A DNA stretch of 24,453 nt from positions 1 to 24,453 of the IMG/VR virus record IMGVR_UViG_3300024255_000158; one strand, 5' to 3'. Of the stretch, positions 8,113-13,638 are shown in pieces; positions within the stretch are counted from its first letter, which is position 1; every line of letters begins with the position of its first letter. The notes below the pieces were generated by a model. That model searched no databases. It saw only the letters and a list, made by a program, of their open reading frames with translations, and had not been told where the DNA came from. This DNA comes from a virus (lineage: Duplodnaviria > Caudoviricetes). Made by a program: the position numbers and the translations under genes.

Positions 8113-8424
8113 ATGGATAAAAAACACATAAATATAGAAGCACAGGTTGAGCGCTGGGATCTGTTCGCACGTTTAGTGCCAACAGTATTTCTAATAATCA
8201 ATCTAGTATTAGTAACAACAGGCATAATCAACTTTGAACAGGCATTTTGGGTGGGACTCGGGCTGTTCGCACTAACTGCGGTAACGTGGTGGTTTTGGAC
8301 AATTTATACCATCAGGCATCTGGTGAAAACACTTAACAGGGCAACAAAAAATCTTGGCGAGGTACGTGACGAATTTAAGTCAGTTAGTCGAGATTTGGAG
8401 GCATATAAAAATGACATCAAATAA
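8113..8424 (+). CDS. Small membrane protein, 2 TM helices plus C-terminal coiled coil (holin-like?)
   Basis: MDKKHINIE...; hydrophobic segments LVPTVFLIINLVLVTTGII and AFWVGLGLFALTAVTWWFWTIY. ATG 8113 with AAGG upstream preferred to GTG 8041. Confidence 0.7.
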   Translation: MDKKHINIEAQVERWDLFARLVPTVFLIINLVLVTTGIINFEQAFWVGLGLFALTAVTWWFWTIYTIRHLVKTLNRATKNLGEVRDEFKSVSRDLEAYKNDIK

Positions 8425-8890
8425 AAAATATATTTTAATCAAGGCAATAGCCAACATAATAAGCGGACTAAGTATGGTTACGATTATATGTTTAGGTATA
8501 ATGTATATGAGCTTTGACAATGCGTTTGTATTTACAGATACAGAAATCGGTATTACAAATAATCCAATAACCAAAGACAAAGACATAGAGTTCTATATGG
8601 TAGGATCAAAAAAGTTCCAGTGCAACAGCACAGCCGCATATGGCGTAGCACACGCTGTAGACGGCTCACACTCACATGATCTAAACACATTTACAAAACG
8701 CTATATACAAAATACAGCACCAGGTGAACGTGTAGAAAACGGATGGCACATGGCTGTACCGGACGATATGGTAGAGGGTGGTGAGTATCGTGTTAGCATG
8801 ACAGGTGAGTTTGAATGTGTCCACTTGATATTCAAAACACACAAATCACAAGTGTTCGATAATATTTACTTGAAGGTCGAACCACGCTAA
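8411..8890 (+). CDS. Single-TM-anchored protein with a soluble beta-rich domain carrying two Cys, 159 aa
   Basis: GGAGG (8397-8401) before ATG 8411; N-terminal TM IANIISGLSMVTIICLGIMYM; Cys in FQCNS and FECVH. Confidence 0.7.
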   Translation: MTSNKKYILIKAIANIISGLSMVTIICLGIMYMSFDNAFVFTDTEIGITNNPITKDKDIEFYMVGSKKFQCNSTAAYGVAHAVDGSHSHDLNTFTKRYIQNTAPGERVENGWHMAVPDDMVEGGEYRVSMTGEFECVHLIFKTHKSQVFDNIYLKVEPR

Positions 8891-8893
8891 ATA
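8888..8893 (+). promoter_or_regulatory. T4-late-like promoter core TAAATA, 5 nt before ATG (leaderless)
   Basis: TAAATA-tttct-ATG(8899); no SD. Confidence 0.55.
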
Positions 8894-8898
8894 TTTCT

Positions 8899-9477
8899 AT
8901 GTTTGTATTTGGAAACGGCGAGAGTCGAAAAAATATTGATATAAGTAATATCAAAATACCTAAGATCGGATGTAATGCATTACATAGAGACTTTCGAGTT
9001 GATCATTTAGTCTGTGTTGATAGAAGAATGGTAAATGAAGCCATTCGAGCAAATTATAATAAAAGGTGTAAAATTTATACACGTAGAGACTGGTGGCCAT
9101 CTTATAGACTCAATATAAATGTTCATCAAGTTCCACAACTTCCGTATAGCGGTAACACAAAACCCGACGACCCATTTCATTGGGGGAGCGGCCCGTATGC
9201 TATACTTTTAGCTGCAACTCTTTCTGACAAAATAAAAATAGCAGGATTTGATTTATATAGTAAAGATAAAAAAATTAACAATTTATATAAAGATACAGAA
9301 AATTACGAAACTGCGGATAAAAAAGCAGTTGATCCTAGATTTTGGATTTATCAAATAAGCAAAGTTTTTGAATATTTTCCAAACAAACAATTTACTGTGC
9401 ATACAGAAGAAAGTTGGAATCAACCAGATTCTTGGAAAAAAGATAATGTAATGCTTGACAATATAAGTAATATATAG
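8899..9477 (+). CDS. Rossmann-fold transferase-like protein (GNGES motif; DUF115/MptE-like or sialyltransferase-like)
   Basis: FVFGNGESR, IGCNAL, LVCVD, SGPYAILLAA, IAGFDLY pattern. Confidence 0.6.
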   Translation: MFVFGNGESRKNIDISNIKIPKIGCNALHRDFRVDHLVCVDRRMVNEAIRANYNKRCKIYTRRDWWPSYRLNINVHQVPQLPYSGNTKPDDPFHWGSGPYAILLAATLSDKIKIAGFDLYSKDKKINNLYKDTENYETADKKAVDPRFWIYQISKVFEYFPNKQFTVHTEESWNQPDSWKKDNVMLDNISNI

Positions 9478-9483
9478 TATATT
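9455..9483 (+). promoter_or_regulatory. sigma70-like promoter for queD
   Basis: TTGACA(9455-9460)-N17-TATATT(9478-9483); predicted TSS about 9489-9491. Confidence 0.75.
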
Positions 9484-9490
9484 AGTAATA

Positions 9491-9546
9491 AGAGGTCTTA
9501 GTGTTCGTTCCCTCTATAAATATTCCGCACACTCTTATAAAGGAGT
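9491..9546 (+). ncRNA. Candidate preQ1-class-I-like riboswitch variant upstream of queD (element B)
   Basis: AGAGG/CCTCT stem followed by ATAAA; loop AGTGT complementary to ACACT (9529-9533); competing ACTCTT/AGGAGT hairpin over the SD. Confidence 0.55.
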
Positions 9547-9552
9547 ATAAAC

Positions 9553-9999
9553 ATGGCTTATTTTAGTACAAAAACATACGGGCACAATATTGGATTAAGT
9601 GCCTGCTTTAGACAACCACATGCAGATCATTCACATTGCCGTTTCCTACACGGATACAGTTTGCAATTTAAATTTGTGTTCAGTTGTGATGAACTAGATG
9701 AACGTAACTGGGTAGTAGACTTTGGTGGATTGAAACCACTAAAGAAATGGCTCGAAGATAACTTTGATCACAAAGTTGTACTAGACAGCAAAGACTGGGC
9801 ACTAGATAACTTCCGTGCGCTAGAAGATGCAGGACTTGCTGAGATAAACATATTAGACGGTGTCGGTGCAGAAAAGTTTGCTGAACACGCATACAACAAA
9901 GCACAAGAGCTTGTACATGAAATGAGTAACGGGCGTTGTCGAGTTGTGTCATGTGAATGTGCAGAACACGGAGCAAACTCAGCAATCTACGAGGCATAA
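9553..9999 (+). CDS. queD: QueD / 6-pyruvoyl-tetrahydropterin synthase family protein (HGY variant)
   Basis: HCRFLHGYS, WVVDFGGLK, FDHK, GAEKFA, AEHGANSA. AGGAG SD. Confidence 0.85.
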   Translation: MAYFSTKTYGHNIGLSACFRQPHADHSHCRFLHGYSLQFKFVFSCDELDERNWVVDFGGLKPLKKWLEDNFDHKVVLDSKDWALDNFRALEDAGLAEINILDGVGAEKFAEHAYNKAQELVHEMSNGRCRVVSCECAEHGANSAIYEA

Positions 10000-10826
10000 T
10001 GGGAAAGTTAGATAAAAGTCAATATACAAAAGCACAATGGCAGGCTATAAGAGATAGACGACGAGCTGATAAAAAAGCTAAGTCAGAAATTGTTGAGCCT
10101 GCTATGAGTGCTGTTAAGCCTAGTGATGAAAAGAATTATGTATTATGTTTAAAACACGGTACAAAGTACGATTTTGAATATGTAAATAGACTTTACAGTA
10201 TGGTAAAACGTAACCTTACATTAGATTTTGAATTTGTTTGTATTACTGATAATACAGAAAACTTACATAATGATATTAAAACTATTCCGTTACCGGAAGG
10301 TATCGAAGGATGGTGGTGTAAACCGTATATGTTTAACGACAAATTGCCACTTAATGGTAAAATATTATACCTTGATTTAGATGTTGTTATATCAGAAAAT
10401 CTTGATAAGTTTTTTACTTTTAGACCAGCTGACTGGTGTATTATTAGAGATTTCACAAGATGTATGCGTCCGAGCTGGAAAAAATATAATAGCAGCGTTA
10501 TAAGATTTAATTCAGGGCAATTATCTCACCTCTGGAATACATTTAAACGTAACCAACATTTTTATCAAAGAAAACACTTTGGCGATCAAGATTATATGTA
10601 TGAAATTGATAAGTCAGGAGTATATTGGCCTGACGAATGGGTATTAAGTTGGAAGTGGGAAATACGACGATCGAGAGAATTTGAACCTGGCGGCATTAGA
10701 GGAAAAAGAAAATTAAGATATACAGAAGATTGCACACCTCCTAAAGATTGTAGCATTTGTGTATTCCATGGAGATCCTAATCCACATAATTGCGACGATC
10801 CATGGGTAAAAGAGAACTGGACATAA
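9999..10826 (+). CDS. Glycosyltransferase, GT-A fold (GT8-like phage family)
   Basis: KHGTKY..EYVNRL, GWWCK, YLDLDVVI (DxD), NSSV, GDQDY, VFHGDPNP. Start at ATG 9999 (TAATG coupling, GAGG) rather than 9957. Confidence 0.8.
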   Translation: MGKLDKSQYTKAQWQAIRDRRRADKKAKSEIVEPAMSAVKPSDEKNYVLCLKHGTKYDFEYVNRLYSMVKRNLTLDFEFVCITDNTENLHNDIKTIPLPEGIEGWWCKPYMFNDKLPLNGKILYLDLDVVISENLDKFFTFRPADWCIIRDFTRCMRPSWKKYNSSVIRFNSGQLSHLWNTFKRNQHFYQRKHFGDQDYMYEIDKSGVYWPDEWVLSWKWEIRRSREFEPGGIRGKRKLRYTEDCTPPKDCSICVFHGDPNPHNCDDPWVKENWT

Positions 10827-10827
10827 T

Positions 10828-11409
10828 ATGGCAGAAATTAACTTATGGTTTCCTACAACTATATATACTGAAGAGAATATTCTAACTACAGAAGAACATA
10901 AAGAACTATTAGATCATGTAGAAAATATAAAACAAACAATACCTTCAGGAGGAACTGAATGGTTTGGTAGTATATATACATCTTTTGGAACATATGATAT
11001 AATAGACGATCCAAAATTTAGTACATTAATCGATAAAATAAATTTCCATATACATGAATATACAAAACAACATAACAGTAATGCAACTTATAAGTGTACC
11101 GAAGCTTGGTTCAATGAGAGTGTTGAACATCAGTTTCAGGAATTTCATACTCATGCTAATAATATTGTAAGCGCAGTGTATTATTTACAAGCACCTGAAG
11201 GATCAGGAGATATTGTTTTTAGAGATCCTAAAGCACCTGATATGTATCCTTTAAAAGATATAACACAACAAAATGATTTAACATTTGGAGCAACTAGTTA
11301 CGCACCAACTGAGAATAGTTTAATTATATTTAGATCATATTTAGAACATATGGTAAAGGCAGGAAAAAATAAACAAGGCAGAATAAGCATTGCACTTAAT
11401 TATCGTTGA
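10828..11409 (+). CDS. Putative 2OG-Fe(II) oxygenase, TIGR02466-like
   Basis: WFPTTIY; AWFN...HTH...SAVYYL...FRDP...FRSYLEHMV...RISIALN. Confidence 0.85.
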   Translation: MAEINLWFPTTIYTEENILTTEEHKELLDHVENIKQTIPSGGTEWFGSIYTSFGTYDIIDDPKFSTLIDKINFHIHEYTKQHNSNATYKCTEAWFNESVEHQFQEFHTHANNIVSAVYYLQAPEGSGDIVFRDPKAPDMYPLKDITQQNDLTFGATSYAPTENSLIIFRSYLEHMVKAGKNKQGRISIALNYR

Positions 11410-11434
11410 CAATAATACAAAAGGGTAGTATAAT
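11406..11434 (+). promoter_or_regulatory. Perfect-consensus sigma70 promoter giving a leaderless uvsE mRNA
   Basis: TTGACA(11406-11411)-N17-TATAAT(11429-11434), with ATG 11440 only 5 nt downstream. Confidence 0.8.
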
Positions 11435-11439
11435 AAGAT

Positions 11440-12570
11440 ATGGATTTGAAATTTACAACAGCAGGTGACTACTTGAAATCTCAACAAAAGCGTATCGGCT
11501 TTGCATGCAAGTACATGCATCCAGATCAAACGCAGAAGAAAAAACTACTAGAAGAAATTCAACGACCGCTAAATACTCGTAGCACAACAGTACAGTGGCT
11601 CAACAGACAGACACGTGATGTTGCTGAAGAACGCTTGTGGGATATTATGGTCCATAACATTGCGTCATACAAAAGGTTGATTGAATATGTGGGAAGCCTT
11701 CCACTTGAACTTAGGATGGTACGACTTGGTTCTGATGTACTTCCTGTTTATACCCAGCGGGATTGGTCTTATTATTGGCAGCGTCCTGACGTTATTGCCT
11801 ACGCAGAGCGAGCGTTTGCAGAAGTCGGTGCCACGGCAAGAGCCCTTGATGTGCGACTATCGATGCATCCAGGTCAGTTCACAGTGCTTGCCAGTGATAA
11901 CCCGGAAATAGTAGATAGGAGCATAGAAGAATTTGAATATCACACCGATGTCATCCGCTATATGGGTTACGGCAAAACCTTCCAGGACTTCAAGTGCAAT
12001 GTCCACATATCAGGCCGACAAGGTCCACCCGGTATCAAAGCCGCGCTTAAACGTCTCTCACCGGAGGCAAGAAACTGTATTACAATCGAAAACGACGAAA
12101 ACAAATGGGGACTCGAACACACGCTTGAGCTTGCAGACGATCTCGCTTTGGTGCTAGACATACATCACCATTGGTGCAATACTAGAGGAGAATATATTCA
12201 ACCCGATGACGACAGAATTGACCGTATTATTGACAGCTGGCGTGGTGTTAGGCCTGCTATGCATTATAGTGTTAGCAGAGAAGATCTTCTTACCGGTCAC
12301 TCAGAAACAGAAAAACCGGACTTTGCGGCGCTTGAAGAACAAGGATTCAAAAAAGGCAAACTGAGAGCACACTCAGATTATATGTGGAATGATGCTGTTA
12401 ACGACTGGGCGCTGTCGCATTTAGAATGGAGTGACATCATGGTAGAGAGCAAATGTAAGAATCTTGCAAGCATTGCACTATATAAATACAATATGGAGAA
12501 AAACAATGAGCAATTATTTGGGCATGATGTACGGCAGAAAGTCGAAGCCCCAGAACCAATCATCATCTGA
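11440..12570 (+). CDS. uvsE: UV DNA damage endonuclease (UvsE/UVDE)
   Basis: RIGFACK, SMHPGQFTVLAS, IENDE, LDIHHHW, HYS, RAHSDY, DIMVESKCKNLA. Confidence 0.92.
   Translation: MDLKFTTAGDYLKSQQKRIGFACKYMHPDQTQKKKLLEEIQRPLNTRSTTVQWLNRQTRDVAEERLWDIMVHNIASYKRLIEYVGSLPLELRMVRLGSDVLPVYTQRDWSYYWQRPDVIAYAERAFAEVGATARALDVRLSMHPGQFTVLASDNPEIVDRSIEEFEYHTDVIRYMGYGKTFQDFKCNVHISGRQGPPGIKAALKRLSPEARNCITIENDENKWGLEHTLELADDLALVLDIHHHWCNTRGEYIQPDDDRIDRIIDSWRGVRPAMHYSVSREDLLTGHSETEKPDFAALEEQGFKKGKLRAHSDYMWNDAVNDWALSHLEWSDIMVESKCKNLASIALYKYNMEKNNEQLFGHDVRQKVEAPEPIII
12481..12488 (+). promoter_or_regulatory. T4-late-like promoter TATAAATA inside the uvsE 3' end
   Basis: Perfect TATAAATA followed by GGAG SD and ATG 12506. 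Confidence 0.6.
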
Positions 12571-12775
12571 TAAAAATCCTAACAGAGTATTAGGAGGATT
12601 ACGTGGTCAAGGTGTAGATACAATGACTGTGCTAGGAGAAGATGGTGTACAACATACTATTCCTTCACAAAAGTATGTACAAGGACTAGAAGAAAAACTT
12701 CGTATTCAGGACAGTAGAATTGCTCGACTTGAAACACAACTAAGGAGAATGAGCCATGATCAAAAAATGGATTAA
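12506..12775 (+). CDS. Hypothetical protein, 89 aa, C-terminal coiled coil
   Basis: MSNYLGMMYG...; GGAG SD; overlaps uvsE by 65 nt. Confidence 0.7.
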   Translation: MSNYLGMMYGRKSKPQNQSSSDKNPNRVLGGLRGQGVDTMTVLGEDGVQHTIPSQKYVQGLEEKLRIQDSRIARLETQLRRMSHDQKMD

Positions 12776-12923
12776 TCAAAGACTAAGCGAACGTACAACA
12801 CTAGACGGTGCTGTGCTAATTGGCGCAGGTATTGCATTTCTAATCTTTAAACCAATCGCAAGTTTAGTAGCATACGGTGCTATTGCATATGGCGCATGGA
12901 CAATTTGGAAGCGTGAAGACTAA
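12756..12923 (+). CDS. Small membrane protein, 55 aa (holin-like; missing from ORF track)
   Basis: MIKKWINQRLSERTTLDGAVLIGAGIAFLIFKPIASLVAYGAIAYGAWTIWKRED; AAGGAG SD 8 nt upstream; hydrophobic hairpin with charged termini. Confidence 0.8.
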   Translation: MIKKWINQRLSERTTLDGAVLIGAGIAFLIFKPIASLVAYGAIAYGAWTIWKRED

Positions 12924-13207
12924 AGTTTACCAATAGGCGTAGAGCTAGAAGCAGTCATATTCCATACTTGTTTCTTTTCTACGCCTTTCTTTTGAGCAAA
13001 TACTTTAGCATCACAATTACTACACACATGAAAATAATTGTTGCTTAGACGTTTAGGATCCATACTGCCTCTTGTGCGTTCAAACTCTGCATCACAACTA
13101 TCACAACGGAACTGGCAAATAGTCTGTTCACGCTTGTAGGTGTGTTCCTTGCCAGTTTTGCTTTTACGCACATGCCGGGTTTGTTTTTTAAATTCTTTTA
13201 GAAACAT
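12920..13207 (-). CDS. Basic Zn-binding protein (CDSC...CSNC), 95 aa
   Basis: The only credible minus-strand gene: fills the gap, has two CxxC pairs and its own TAAATA-N5-ATG, and overlaps the convergent gene by 4 nt. Confidence 0.8.
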   Translation of the reverse strand: MFLKEFKKQTRHVRKSKTGKEHTYKREQTICQFRCDSCDAEFERTRGSMDPKRLSNNYFHVCSNCDAKVFAQKKGVEKKQVWNMTASSSTPIGKL

Positions 13208-13212
13208 AAGTA

Positions 13213-13218
13213 TATTTA
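13213..13218 (-). promoter_or_regulatory. T4-late-like promoter core TAAATA, 5 nt before ATG (leaderless)
   Basis: Minus strand reads TAAATA-tactt-ATG(13207). Confidence 0.55.
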
Positions 13219-13241
13219 CATTAAGATTATAAAAATAAGAA

Positions 13242-13248
13242 ATAAATA
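13242..13248 (+). promoter_or_regulatory. T4-late-like promoter ATAAATA for iscA and the structural genes
   Basis: Intergenic; followed by AAGGA SD and ATG 13264. Confidence 0.6.
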
Positions 13249-13263
13249 TTAAAAAGGAACACT

Positions 13264-13626
13264 ATGAGCATACTAACTTTAACCCCAGCAGCAGAGAAAC
13301 AAATCGATCTTCTAAGTGAAGAAAACGATTGCTATGGCATTACACTAAACATTAAGGGCGGTGGATGTGCTGGATTTGAATACGAATGGGGTACAATTGC
13401 AAGTCCAACAGACTTAGCAGTAGATGACGAAGTAGTAAAAACAGCAAACGGATCTGCGTTTGTAGTTGGAGCACATAGTTTAATGTTTTTAATTGGCACT
13501 GAAGTAGATTACGTAAAGAGTCTAGTAGGTGCAAACTTTGAAATACGCAATCCAAATGCCCAAAGTTCATGTGGATGCGGAGTGAGTGTAAATTTTGATA
13601 TGGACCTAATGAGTCCAGCTGTTTAA
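13264..13626 (+). CDS. iscA: A-type Fe-S cluster carrier (IscA/SufA/HesB family)
   Basis: GGGCAGFEY, GTEVDY, NPNAQSSCGCGVS; all three conserved Cys present. Confidence 0.93.
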   Translation: MSILTLTPAAEKQIDLLSEENDCYGITLNIKGGGCAGFEYEWGTIASPTDLAVDDEVVKTANGSAFVVGAHSLMFLIGTEVDYVKSLVGANFEIRNPNAQSSCGCGVSVNFDMDLMSPAV

Positions 13627-13638
13627 GGATAAAACGCA

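Noticed and set aside
9491-9520. Intrinsic terminator reading of the AGAGG/CCTCT hairpin
   Set aside because: No U-tract follows on the plus strand, the loop is 15 nt, and the hairpin lies just downstream of a promoter.
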